In this document: piece by piece, positions 29,283-39,610 of the stretch
Layout of the letters: the number at the start of each line of letters is the position of its first letter
Position numbering within the stretch: the first letter of the stretch is position 1
Assembly (NCBI GenBank): GCA_016702505.1
Contig: JADJDU010000003.1
Coordinates: 256,265-320,264 of the forward strand
Reading direction: 5' to 3'
Source: Microthrixaceae bacterium
GTDB lineage: Bacteria > Actinomycetota > Acidimicrobiia > Acidimicrobiales > Iamiaceae
DNA length: 64,000 nt
Program-made: the position numbers and the translations under genes
Notes under the pieces: generated by a model
Databases searched by the model: none
What the model was told of the DNA's origin: nothing
What the model saw: the letters and a program-made list of their open reading frames with translations, nothing else

Positions 29283-29738
29283 ATGGGTTACGTGATGGTG
29301 CCGGTGCCCGAGGAACACGTCGAGGAAGCGATGGAGGCCGTCCTTCGCATCACGCGCAGCGCTCGACTCACGCCTTGGGATCAGGAATCCATGGATGAGT
29401 TCTGGGCCGGGCTCGACGAGGGGGCCAAGGCCTTGGCTTCGTTGGTTGCCAGGGCAACGCTGGCCAACCGGCAGATCTCCCAGGCATCAGCAGCAGACCG
29501 CATGGAGGTCACCCAACGGGAGATCCTCGGGATCGTGCGAGACGTGAACCACCGAGCCCACGACATCGAAAGGCCCGCGGTCCTGATGGTCCAGGAGGCC
29601 ACCGAGACCCTGGCCAACGGGCGGACCCGGCCGGTTTCCATCGTTTCCACCAACGTGGCGCTGGCCCCCCTGATCCAACAGGCCGAACAGAACGACCTGG
29701 CCGGAGGCACCTCCACAGGGAGCGGGCTTCCGGGGTGA
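29283..29738 (+). CDS. hypothetical small protein, paralog of 49946..50374 (shared N-terminus MG.V.VPVPEEH.EE)
   Basis: 151 aa. Stop overlaps the wzm-wzt start (ATGA). No recognisable domain. Confidence 0.5.
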   Translation: MGYVMVPVPEEHVEEAMEAVLRITRSARLTPWDQESMDEFWAGLDEGAKALASLVARATLANRQISQASAADRMEVTQREILGIVRDVNHRAHDIERPAVLMVQEATETLANGRTRPVSIVSTNVALAPLIQQAEQNDLAGGTSTGSGLPG

Positions 29739-31378
29739 CAGACTTCGCCAGCGCGGCCGGCGAGCGCCCGTACAGCGACGTCGAGTACGTCTTCGAGCCG
29801 CACGACCACTCGCTTCCCGACCCTCGCGGCTACATCCGCGATGTCTGGGATCGTCGTGCCTTCATGGTGGCGAACGCCAAGGCGGAGATGAAGAGCCCCT
29901 ACGCCGGGACCGTTCTGGGCGAAGCCTGGCACATCCTCGATCCGCTCTTCCAAGCCCTGATCTACATGTTCCTGTTCACCGCTATCAGAGGAAACGGGAG
30001 CACCGACTACTTCCTCATGGTCGTGTCGGGGGTGTTCCTGTTCAACTTCACCATGGTCGGTCTGGGTCGTGGAGGGCGGGCCATCCAACGGTCGAAAGGG
30101 CTGGTGCTCAATTCGACCTTCCCGCTGGCAACCCTCCCGTTCTCGATGCTGTACGGCGGGTTCTTGGAGTTGTTGCCCACGTTGGGCGTGTACGCCGTGT
30201 TCCACCTCGTCTTCGGGGAGCGTTCGGGGTTGGCTTGTTCACCCTTCCTCCTGTTCATCCTTCAGGTCGCGATAATCGTGGGGCTGATGCTCCTCTTCGC
30301 CACCCTCACCGTCTACGTGAGGGACATGTCCAACCTGTTGGACTACATCCTCCGTATCCTGATGTTCGTCACCCCGGTCATCTATCCGGCGTCCCAGTTG
30401 GAGAAGCTCCCCACGGTTCTGGCCGCGATTTTGCACCTGAACCCGTTCTTCACCCTCTTCACCTCCTACCAGACCGCACTGAGCGGTGGGGTTCCGCGGC
30501 CCACGGACATCGCCCAGTCGATGGTGTGGGCCGTGGTGCTACCCATCTTGGGATTTCGGTTCTTCGTGTCCGGGAACGGGCTTCGCCATGAGGCTCCAGT
30601 GACTACAGGACCCGATCTGCCCGCGATCGAGGTGCAGAACCTGTCGACGTCCTACCACGTCCACCTCGACGCTGGTTCGACGTGGGGCGGCATCTACGAC
30701 CTGCTTCGACGCAGCCCGGACACCGACAGGATCGTCCCGGCCTTACGAGATGTCTCCTTCGAGGTGCCCCGAGGCAACGTTCTGGGTGTCATCGGACGAA
30801 ACGGTGCCGGAAAATCGACCCTGCTGCGCTGCATCGCTGGGGTACTACCCCCCGAACAGGGGCGAGTGGTGGTCCGGGGCCGAATCTCCTCACTTCTCAG
30901 CATCGGCGTGGGCATGAACGGCAGCCTCACCGGACGGGAGAACATCAGGCTCGGTGGTCTGGCCATCGGCCTGAGCCCCGACCAACTCGATGACATGACC
31001 GACGACATCGCCCACTTCGCCCAGTTGGGCGAGTACGTGGACTTCCCGGTCAACGCCTACTCGTCGGGGATGAAGGCCCGCCTCGGATTCGCGGTCGTCG
31101 CCCACTTGGACCCCGAAGTCCTCCTCATCGACGAGGCCCTGGCTGGCGGCGACTCCAAGTTCCAGGAGAAGGTGGCCAAGAAGATGGCCGAGATCTGCAG
31201 CAGCGGCCGGACCATCGTCTTGGTGAGCCACGGTCTCAATGCTCTGCGGTCGATGGCCACCACCGCCATTTGGCTGCACCAAGGACAGATCGTCGAGGAC
31301 GGGGACCCCGATGACGTCGTTTCCTCATACATGCGCTTTGCTCGAATCCAGGCCCTCGGCGGCGAACTCGACTTCTGA
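29735..31378 (+). CDS. fused ABC-2 permease / ATPase polysaccharide exporter (Wzm-Wzt / TagG-TagH-like)
   Basis: N-terminal six-TM ABC-2 domain. C-terminal NBD with Walker A GRNGAGKST, signature YSSGMKARLGFA and Walker B LLIDEAL. No C-terminal carbohydrate-binding extension. Confidence 0.85.
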   Translation: MTDFASAAGERPYSDVEYVFEPHDHSLPDPRGYIRDVWDRRAFMVANAKAEMKSPYAGTVLGEAWHILDPLFQALIYMFLFTAIRGNGSTDYFLMVVSGVFLFNFTMVGLGRGGRAIQRSKGLVLNSTFPLATLPFSMLYGGFLELLPTLGVYAVFHLVFGERSGLACSPFLLFILQVAIIVGLMLLFATLTVYVRDMSNLLDYILRILMFVTPVIYPASQLEKLPTVLAAILHLNPFFTLFTSYQTALSGGVPRPTDIAQSMVWAVVLPILGFRFFVSGNGLRHEAPVTTGPDLPAIEVQNLSTSYHVHLDAGSTWGGIYDLLRRSPDTDRIVPALRDVSFEVPRGNVLGVIGRNGAGKSTLLRCIAGVLPPEQGRVVVRGRISSLLSIGVGMNGSLTGRENIRLGGLAIGLSPDQLDDMTDDIAHFAQLGEYVDFPVNAYSSGMKARLGFAVVAHLDPEVLLIDEALAGGDSKFQEKVAKKMAEICSSGRTIVLVSHGLNALRSMATTAIWLHQGQIVEDGDPDDVVSSYMRFARIQALGGELDF

Positions 31379-31399
31379 TACGGAACAAAGGACACCTAC

Positions 31400-32602
31400 G
31401 TGACGATCCCTTTCACTCCATTCGAAGACGACGACCTCCCACCCAGATCACGTCCTGTCAAAGAGCCCGAGCCGATCGACGACACCGTGCCGCCAACGTC
31501 AGCGCAGACGGGCCGAACCCCCGATGCCGGCGCCTCCAGCGACGATGTGACCGAAGACGACGACGAACCCCGCCTGGGGACGTCGCCCACCATCTCCAAG
31601 GCCGACGTCTCGGCCAAGGCGTCTAGGCGCAAGGCTCGGACCGGGGGTTCAGGTGGCTCAGGAGCGCGGCGCCGCAGCCGCCCCATCCTGGGGATCTCAC
31701 TCGTGGTTCTGGCGGCGGTGGTGTTCGCTGGCCTTCCGCTCCTCAAGTCGGCGTTCGCCCGCACACCCAAGGACCGCATCGGCATCAGCTACGGCGGTGG
31801 CCCGATCGAAGGCGTTCACTTCCAAAAGATCGTCGAACCCGGCCACGGCCTCTTCTTCAACGGCTTCTTCGATTCTCTCTACCTCTACCCCGCCGACCAG
31901 CTCAACTACATCCTGGCTCCCAAGCCGACCAAGGACGGCAAGGACACGACCCCCGACGCGGTCGTTGCACCCACCTCAGACCGTGTGAACGTGAGCTATC
32001 AGGTTGCCGTCTACTACCGGCTGAACACCGACAAGCTCCGAGACTTCCACGAGGAGTTCGGCCTCCGCTATCAGGCCTACACCAACAAGGGCTGGGATCG
32101 CCTGGTGGCCGACACCCTGCGCCAGCAGATCGAGGCTGCCCTCCAGGAGGAGACCAGGCGGCACACCGTCGCCGACCTGTTCGGGGACGCTGACCTTCTC
32201 GTCAAGGTCCAGAACGAGATCCAGGGAACCATCAGCACCCGCCTGGAAGCGGCGATGGGCGGACGGTTCTTCTGCGGCCCCACGTTCACAGCGGGCGGTG
32301 AGTGCGGCAACCCGACCTTCGTGATCAAGCGGATCGACATCCCCGAGTCGGTAGCCGCCGCCTTCGAGTCGAACCGGACTTCTGAGGTGATGATCACCAC
32401 CCGCCAGAACGAGGTCCGTCAACGCGAGGAGGAGGCTCGGGCCATCGCCGCCATCAACGAAGCCCTCCAGCAGAACTCCCGCGCCTACGTGATGCTCAAG
32501 GCCATCGAGTCCGGGAAGATCAACTTCTGGGTCATCCCCGAGGGAGCAGACGTCGACCTCACCGCTCCCGACACCTCCACGCCGCCCACGGCCGGCCAGT
32601 AA
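31400..32602 (+). CDS. SPFH/band-7 (stomatin/prohibitin-like) membrane protein with acidic disordered N-terminus
   Basis: One TM (ILGISLVVLAAVVFAGLPLL) followed by an SPFH-like core and a C-terminal coiled coil. Confidence 0.65.
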   Translation: MTIPFTPFEDDDLPPRSRPVKEPEPIDDTVPPTSAQTGRTPDAGASSDDVTEDDDEPRLGTSPTISKADVSAKASRRKARTGGSGGSGARRRSRPILGISLVVLAAVVFAGLPLLKSAFARTPKDRIGISYGGGPIEGVHFQKIVEPGHGLFFNGFFDSLYLYPADQLNYILAPKPTKDGKDTTPDAVVAPTSDRVNVSYQVAVYYRLNTDKLRDFHEEFGLRYQAYTNKGWDRLVADTLRQQIEAALQEETRRHTVADLFGDADLLVKVQNEIQGTISTRLEAAMGGRFFCGPTFTAGGECGNPTFVIKRIDIPESVAAAFESNRTSEVMITTRQNEVRQREEEARAIAAINEALQQNSRAYVMLKAIESGKINFWVIPEGADVDLTAPDTSTPPTAGQ

Positions 32603-32622
32603 GCATCGGCACTCCCCTAACC

Positions 32623-35458
32623 ATGCAGCTGGTCATATTGGGAATGCACCGGTCCGGCACCTCGGGTGTCACCCGGCTGCTGAACATGGCCGGCGCCTAC
32701 TTTGGCCCCCCAGGGATCGCCACCGATGCCAACGAGGAGAACCCCAAGGGTTTCTGGGAACGCCGAGACGTGCGCGCCCTGTGCGACGGGCTCCTCCAGG
32801 GAGCCGGATTCGACTGGTTCCGACTCGGCGGCTTCTGAGCCGTCCGCCATCCCCGATGATCTACGTCAGGTCCAGGCAGAAGCCTTTGCTCATGTCCTAG
32901 ATGACCTGAACGCCCATCAGCCTTGGGTGGTGAAGGAACCGAGGCTCTGCCTGCTCATGCCGGTTCTGGAACACCTCCTCGACAGCGCGGTGTTCGTTCA
33001 CGTGTCGCGTGACCCCATCGAGGTGGCCCGATCCGTACACCACAGGAACAACCTCCCGATGGCGGGAGCCGTCGCCCTCTGGGAGACCTACACCCTCAGC
33101 GCCCTTTCGGCATCCGCAGGCCGCCCGCGGGCCCACGTCCGCCACGAGGAGGTCATGGCTGACCCGGTCGGCACCTTGAACCGCCTGATCGCTGACCTGG
33201 AAGCGTTGGGTGTGACCGGACTCGTCGCACCGGACCCCGAGGCGATAACCGACTTCATCGTTCCCAGCCTTCACCGCCAGCGCAGCGATCGCTCCAATCG
33301 GGAACACCACCTGAACGCCGACCAGCTCCACCTGGCCGACCTGTTGGACCGCAACCCACTGCCTGAGGTCCTGCCGCCACTGTCAGCAGGTGGGGCCGAC
33401 GCGCTTGCCGACCTCGTCCGCTTCGATGACGAGATCGTGGCCCGCAAGCAGGCCGAGCTCGACCAGCGGAGGGCACAGGCCGAGACCAGGCGGCTGACAG
33501 CCGAGACCCAAAGGCTTGAGCGCGCTATCGAGCGCATGGAAGCCACCCTGGACCATGAGCGAACCAGAAGGGCCGAACTCGGAGCGTCAGCCCTCGAATC
33601 GCTGGACCGAGCCGAGCGCGACATCAGGGCCATGACTGCTGGCCGGACCGCGACGGCCGCCGCCTACCTCACTGCCGCCCGCCGCACCGTGACACCTGGC
33701 GTCAGTCGGACCGACCCAACTCCGTTCTCCCGGGCCCTAGCCGGCGTCGAGAAGGGACGACGTCGCATTCGCGGGATGACCGCCGACTTACCCAGCACCT
33801 CGGTACGTACCACGACCCCTGGGATTGCTGAGGACCAAGCCGACCCCCCATCCAAACCTGAGACTCCGATCCAGCGGACCCGGCCTAGAACACCGAGCAG
33901 CGATCGACCGAAGGTGGCCGTACTGGCCTGGGACGTAGGGCACAACCCGCTGGGTCGAGCCAACGTATTGGCCGAGGTCTTGAGCGGTGATTACGAGGTA
34001 GAGCTCTGGGGCGCTCAGTTCGAGCGATATGGAAGCCGGATCTGGGCCCCGCTGCGAGACATCCCGACTCCTGTGAACGTCTTCCCCGGACGTCCCTTCC
34101 CCGACCACCTCGAGACGATGGAACAGGTCGCCGCCACCATCGATGCCGACGCCCTCTGGGTGTCCAAGCCTCGGCTGCCATCGTTCCTGCTCGGGGCATT
34201 GACCAAACAGCTCCGAAATCGACCACTGGTGCTGGACATCGATGACCACGAGCTGGCGTTCTTCGACGTCGACGAAGGGTTGGACATCAGATCGCTCTCA
34301 CCCCGACGCGGCGACAAGTCGCTGATTCTCCCCTTCGAGCGGGACTGGACCCGTGCCTGTGAGCCCTTGGTCGGTGGGGCAGATCTCCTCACCGTGTCCA
34401 ACGTCGCCCTCCAACAACGGTTCGGGGGCACGATCGTCCCCCACGCCCGGGACGAGGACATCTTCGACCCCGGAGTCGTAGACCGTGGAGCGGCTCGCCA
34501 TCGGCTGGGCATCGGGCCCAACGAGCGGGTTCTGCTCTTCGGGGGAACACCAAGGCTTCACAAGGGGATAATGGAGATCCTCACCGCGCTCGAGAAGCTC
34601 GGCGACCGTCGCTACCGGCTGATGGTGTTCGGAACCCGCGAGTTCGACGAGATGCGACCCCAGATCGGTGATTTGGCTCGATGGCTCCTACCCCTTCCTT
34701 ATCAGCCGTTCTCGGCGTTGCCCGAGGTGGTGGCAGCGGCCGACCTGGCCTGCATCCTCCAGAACCCCGAACATCCGGTCTCGGCGTACCAACTGCCGGC
34801 CAAGCTCACCGATGCGTTGGCCATGGGGGTGCCGGTCCTACTGCGGGAGACCCCACCGCTCCGTCCGATCATCGAGGCCGGGGCCGTCGCTGCTCTCCAG
34901 CCCGAAGACGACCTCGCAGATGCCATCGGTGCGGTATTCGAAGATGCCGAGACCACCTCTGAGCGGGTGGATGCCGGCCGCCGGCTGTTCCTGGACACGA
35001 TGAGCTATGGGGCGGTCCGCCACCAGATCCGCCCGGTGTTCGACTCGCTCATCAGCGATCCCCCCGCCCTATCTGCTGACCTCCGTGCCCTGATAGAGGT
35101 GCCAACGGAGTTGTTCGCCGGTCAGACCTCCTCGAGCCGCGAACCCCAGGCGTTCGCGCCAACCGTCGCGGCCTCGAGTCTCGGACCTGGCTGTACGGCG
35201 GCTCCCGGACCAGACGTCTCGGCCTGCCGGCCCGCAGCGACTACGTCGACCACGTCACCCGCGCACTGGCGAAGAAGGGCATCGGCGAGCGGCCATGGGT
35301 GCTTTGGGCATACCCGACAAATCCCGACCTCCCCCTTCTCATCGATCGTCTTCGTCCCGACGTGGTGTTGGCCGACGTGGTGGACGACAACCGGACCTGG
35401 TACTCACCGGGTACCGCCGAGCACGATCGGATCGACCAGAACTACCGCGACGTGCTGA
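32623..35458 (+). CDS. multidomain sulfotransferase / coiled-coil / GT4 glycosyltransferase fusion (frameshift at ~32835; region after ~35100 probably mis-framed)
   Basis: ORF 32623..32838 is the 5'-PSB motif MHRSGTSGVTRLLNMAG. The 32702.. frame continues with sulfotransferase KEPRLCLLMPVLEHL...HVSRDPIEVARSVHHRN. Coiled coil ~33400-33650, a Pro/Thr linker, then a GT4 domain at 33900-35050 (VAVLAWDVGHNP...GVPVLLRETP). Confidence 0.6.
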
Positions 35459-36129
35459 GCCGCTCCGACCTGGTCATCGCCAACTGCGAGCCGGCAGCCG
35501 CGGCCATGAAGGAGTTCGCCCCCGAGGTGCACGTGGTGCCCAATGGTCTCGAGCTCGATCCCCCGACGGTCACCGCCAAGATCGATGTGCGCGCTTTCGG
35601 CAGCCCGATCATCGGCTACGTGGGGAACCTCTCGTCCCGCATAGACATCGATCTGCTCGACGCCCTAGCCCGGGCACGACCTCGCTGGCAGTTCGTGTTC
35701 GTGGGCTCGACCCACCTGGACCCAGCCATCCTCCGCCTCGATGAGCACGCCAACGTTCATTTCCTCGGAGTTGTCCACCATCACCAGGCCAGAGCGATCA
35801 TGGCCGACTTCGATGTGGCTCTCATTCCCCACATCGACAACGAGATGACCCAGTCGATGAATCCACTCAAGGCTTTCGTGTACGCCTCCGTTGGTGTCCC
35901 GGTCGTGTCTACGCCCATCGCCAACCTGGGCGAACTAGGTGGGCTCATCTCGATCGCCAGCGGGGTCGACGGCTTCGTGACCGCCATCGAAGCCGAGCTG
36001 ACCAAGCCGCGCACCTCCGTCGACCGTGCCAGGCTCGAACCCCATTCCTGGGGGTCGCGACTGAAGTCGGTCCTGGATCTGATCGACGGCATCGGCCGTG
36101 GTGATTCGCCTTTGGGACCTAACAACTAG
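35299..36129 (+). CDS. glycosyltransferase group 1 C-terminal-domain protein; N-terminus may continue upstream to ~35080 in the same frame or belong to the preceding fusion protein
   Basis: GYVGNLSSRIDIDLLDALARARPRWQFVFVG...PLKAFVYASVGVPVVST is a GT-B C-domain. Upstream same-frame peptide ...RRLGLPARSDYVDHVTRALAKKGIGERPWVLW has no start codon. Confidence 0.5.
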   Translation: MLWAYPTNPDLPLLIDRLRPDVVLADVVDDNRTWYSPGTAEHDRIDQNYRDVLSRSDLVIANCEPAAAAMKEFAPEVHVVPNGLELDPPTVTAKIDVRAFGSPIIGYVGNLSSRIDIDLLDALARARPRWQFVFVGSTHLDPAILRLDEHANVHFLGVVHHHQARAIMADFDVALIPHIDNEMTQSMNPLKAFVYASVGVPVVSTPIANLGELGGLISIASGVDGFVTAIEAELTKPRTSVDRARLEPHSWGSRLKSVLDLIDGIGRGDSPLGPNN

Positions 36130-36187
36130 ATGCGCGTTCGCTGATAGCTTCCGCGCGTCGTCATCTGTCAAGGGGTAGATCCGCAAC

Positions 36188-39100
36188 ATGTATCCGTTCT
36201 GGGATATCGCTGTCGCGCCAGCGCTCAAGGCCGCCAAATCACGAAGGATCGTGGAGATCGGTGCCCTCCGTGGGGAGACCACGGCGTTCATGCTCGCCGA
36301 CCTCGGAGCCGACACCGAGCTTCACGTGATCGACCCTGTTCCGGTCTTCGATCCGTCTGAGCACGAGGAGCAGTTCCCTGGTCGCTACATCTTCCACCGC
36401 GACCTGAGCCTCAACGTCCTGCCCGATCTCCCAGCGGTCGACGCCGCCCTGATCGACGGTGACCACAACTGGTACACGGTGTTCAACGAGCTGCGGCTGT
36501 TGAGCGAGACCGCCCGCGCCGCCGAGGCCCCACTGCCGCTCCTGGTCCTCCACGACGTCGGGTGGCCCTACGGCAGGCGGGACCTGTACTACGTCCCCGA
36601 GCAGATCCCCGAGGAGTTCCGCCAGCCCTACGCCGCTCAGGGAATGCTCAGGGGCCAATCCGAGCTGGCCGAGCGAGGCGGGCTGAACCCCACCAACTGC
36701 AACGCCACCCACGAAGGTGGGCCCCGCAACGGCGTCATGACCGCGGTCGACGACTTCATCGATGGCTACGACCGGCCGCTCCGACTCGTGTTCCTCCCCA
36801 CCTACTTCGGGCTGGCGATCGTGGTCGAGGAAACGGTGCTAGAGGCGCACCCGGCGCTCAGAGACCATCTCGACTGGCTCGAAGGCAGGGATGGTCAGGC
36901 CGCCTTGGTCGAGATGACCGAGGCCTCCCGGCTCGACACGCTCGTCATGCAGCACAGCGTCTACTTCACCGACAAGGAGCGGAGCGCGGCGGCCGCCGAC
37001 CGCTACCTCGGGCTGCTGGAGGGCGCCCTCCTCAACGAGCACTACATCGAACAGGAGATCCGCATCAGCTACCTGCTGGAGTGCAGCGAGCGCGGCATCA
37101 CCCCTCGACCCGAGGCACTTCGAGACCCAGCCCGCCAGCTCACCGAGGAGCTCCAGCGCCTTCGTCGGGCCAGACACGCCGGCGATACCGTCGACGATGC
37201 CGGGCCTGTGGGTGCCGCGTTCCCCTACACCACCGTCGGGCGCCAGCACCTCCGCCACCTTGTCCAGCTTCTCGACACCATCCATGCCGAAGCGGTGACC
37301 GGAGACCTTGTCGACATAGGCCCAGGACGCGGCGGTACCTCCATCCTTTTCCGGGGATACCTCGAGGCCTACGCCATCGACGTGCCCCGGGTATGGGTGG
37401 TCGACCGGTTCCGAGCTCGTCCAGCGCCATCCGATGATCCTCGGGCGACGTCTGTCGGTCGAAGTGGCGACAAGCCTGTAGAGGCCCAGAGTGCCTGGGA
37501 AGTCGTGGGAGGACCGGGACTGCCGGAACTGCTCGGGGACCTCAACAGCGTTCGCGAAGGTTTCCATTCCTTCGACCTACTCGATGACCAAGTTCGGTTC
37601 GTGGCCGGAGACGACCTCACCGCCCTGGAAGCCGCTCCCATCGAACGGATTGCGTTGCTCCACCTGGGTGAACGGTCGGCTTTGGACGTTGCCGCTGCCC
37701 TTGATCTGCTCTACGACCGTCTGACACTGGGTGCATTCATTGTGGTCGACGACTTTGACGACCCCGACCGCCGGGCTGCGGTGGAAGCGGTCCGGGCCCG
37801 ACATGGGTCCGACGAGGAGATCGTCACCATCGACCACGGCACCGTCATGTGGCGCAAGACCGAGAGGTCCCAGGCCGAGCTCGATGCGGCCGACGGAGCC
37901 TTGCCATCCTCAGACGATCGACCCACCGGCCCCGTGTTGGCCCCAGCACGAGGCTGGTTCCCGACCGACCTAACCGTGGTCGTGGTCTTCTACAACATGA
38001 AGCGCGAGGCAGCCCGGACGTTGCATTCGCTGTCCCGGGCCTACCAGCAAGGTATCGACGACATCACCTACGACGTCGTCGTCGTCGACAACGGCTCGGC
38101 CCCCGACCAGAAGCTCGATCCGGCCTGGGTCCGAAGCTTCGGCCCGGAGTTCCGGTTCATAGACATGGGCAGCGATGCCAAACCGTCGCCCATCCCGGCA
38201 CTTAACCGCGGGATCGCCGAAGGCCACGGCATCAACTACGCCCTCATGATCGACGGTGCCCACGTCCTCACCCCTGGCGTCCTTCGCCACGGCCTGGCCG
38301 GCCTGACCACCTATGCCCCCGCCGTCGTCGCCACCCAGCAGTGGTATGTGGGCCCCGGACAACAGGCCGATCTGGTGGCAGAGGGCTACAACCAGAGTTA
38401 CGAAGACGTCCTCTTCGACAAGATCAACTGGCCCTCAGATGGCTACCGCCTGTTCGACATCGGCCACTTCATCGGCGAGCGAGACTGGTTCGACGGCATG
38501 TGGGAGTCGAACTGCCTGTTTGCTCCCCGCAGCCTCCTCGAACAGGTCGGAGGGTTCGACGAACGGTTCTCTATGCCCGGTGGCGGATACGCCAACCTCG
38601 ACCTCTACGAGCGACTCGGCGCCAGCCCTGACGTCACGGTGGTGACCATGCTCGGTGAGGGGTCGTTCCACCAGGTCCACGGAGGTACGACCACCAATCT
38701 GTCCGGTGACGAGAAGCGCCACAACACCCTGGCCGAGTACTCCCAGCACTACCAGGATGTTCACGGTCGCCCGTTCCGCGGCAACGCCAAACCGGTGCAC
38801 TACGTCGGGTCCATGCCCCGTGAGGCAGCCCGCACAAAGGCCCGCCGTCGGGTTTCGCCCAACATGTTCAGCCTTCATGCGCCCGACCAGGTCGGCGGAG
38901 TACCCGAGAAGGCATCACCGATGCCGCAGGACCTGTGGTCGGAGTTCACCGACGCCTACTGGCACACCCTCAAGTGGCGCCAGACCCATTGGATGGGTCA
39001 GCGATTGTCCAAGCTTCCTGGAGACATGGTGATCATCCAGGAGATCCTCACCAAGGTCCGGCCCGACTGGATCGTCCACACCGGCACCGCCAACGGTGGA

Positions 39101-39583
39101 CTGGACTGGTTCCTGGCCACGATCTGCGACCTGCTCGACCACGGTCAGGTCATCTCCATAGACCGCAAGCTGCACGAAGACCTTCCCCGCCACGATCGCA
39201 TCACCTACATCGAGGGCGAAGCCCACCTTTCCAAGGTGAACAAGCAGGTCACCGACCTGACCGGTCCCGATAGCCATGCCGTGGTCATATTGGGCACCAA
39301 GGCCAGCTCAGCACGGACTTCGGCCGAGTTCCACATCTACGAGGACCTGGTCCCCGAGGGGTCGTACCTGATCGTCGAGGACACGATCGTCGGTGGCCAC
39401 CCGGTGTGGGGCAACTTTGGGGTCGGGCCCTACGAAGCTGTCAAGGGCATCACCGAAACCAGGGGAGACTTCGTATCCGACACATCCCTGGAGAAGTACG
39501 GCCTGACGTTCAACACCACCGGCTACCTCCGGCGGATCAGCAAGGTCCAACACACGGCGCGCCGAAAAGGGCGCAAACGCTGA
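36188..39583 (+). CDS. giant four-domain enzyme: CmcI-like MTase / TylF-like O-MTase / GT2 glycosyltransferase / CmcI-like (rhamnosyl-O-MTase-type) MTase
   Basis: 1131 aa. aa 1-200: IVEIGALRGETT...LIDGDHNWYTV. aa ~340-560: LVDIGPGRGGTSILFRGYLEAY...VWVVDRF. aa ~600-850: TVVVVFYNMKREAARTLHSL...YDVVVVDNGS (GT2). aa ~930-1131: VIIQEILTKVRPDWIVHTGTANGGLDWFLA...VEDT (CmcI family). Confidence 0.85.
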   Translation: MYPFWDIAVAPALKAAKSRRIVEIGALRGETTAFMLADLGADTELHVIDPVPVFDPSEHEEQFPGRYIFHRDLSLNVLPDLPAVDAALIDGDHNWYTVFNELRLLSETARAAEAPLPLLVLHDVGWPYGRRDLYYVPEQIPEEFRQPYAAQGMLRGQSELAERGGLNPTNCNATHEGGPRNGVMTAVDDFIDGYDRPLRLVFLPTYFGLAIVVEETVLEAHPALRDHLDWLEGRDGQAALVEMTEASRLDTLVMQHSVYFTDKERSAAAADRYLGLLEGALLNEHYIEQEIRISYLLECSERGITPRPEALRDPARQLTEELQRLRRARHAGDTVDDAGPVGAAFPYTTVGRQHLRHLVQLLDTIHAEAVTGDLVDIGPGRGGTSILFRGYLEAYAIDVPRVWVVDRFRARPAPSDDPRATSVGRSGDKPVEAQSAWEVVGGPGLPELLGDLNSVREGFHSFDLLDDQVRFVAGDDLTALEAAPIERIALLHLGERSALDVAAALDLLYDRLTLGAFIVVDDFDDPDRRAAVEAVRARHGSDEEIVTIDHGTVMWRKTERSQAELDAADGALPSSDDRPTGPVLAPARGWFPTDLTVVVVFYNMKREAARTLHSLSRAYQQGIDDITYDVVVVDNGSAPDQKLDPAWVRSFGPEFRFIDMGSDAKPSPIPALNRGIAEGHGINYALMIDGAHVLTPGVLRHGLAGLTTYAPAVVATQQWYVGPGQQADLVAEGYNQSYEDVLFDKINWPSDGYRLFDIGHFIGERDWFDGMWESNCLFAPRSLLEQVGGFDERFSMPGGGYANLDLYERLGASPDVTVVTMLGEGSFHQVHGGTTTNLSGDEKRHNTLAEYSQHYQDVHGRPFRGNAKPVHYVGSMPREAARTKARRRVSPNMFSLHAPDQVGGVPEKASPMPQDLWSEFTDAYWHTLKWRQTHWMGQRLSKLPGDMVIIQEILTKVRPDWIVHTGTANGGLDWFLATICDLLDHGQVISIDRKLHEDLPRHDRITYIEGEAHLSKVNKQVTDLTGPDSHAVVILGTKASSARTSAEFHIYEDLVPEGSYLIVEDTIVGGHPVWGNFGVGPYEAVKGITETRGDFVSDTSLEKYGLTFNTTGYLRRISKVQHTARRKGRKR

Positions 39584-39610
39584 CTACCCCGAGCTAACCC
39601 CCACCTTTGC

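Noticed and set aside
36562-37437. 291-aa plus ORF and 36839..37567 minus ORF
   Set aside because: Alternative-frame or antisense readings inside the intact 1131-aa gene.
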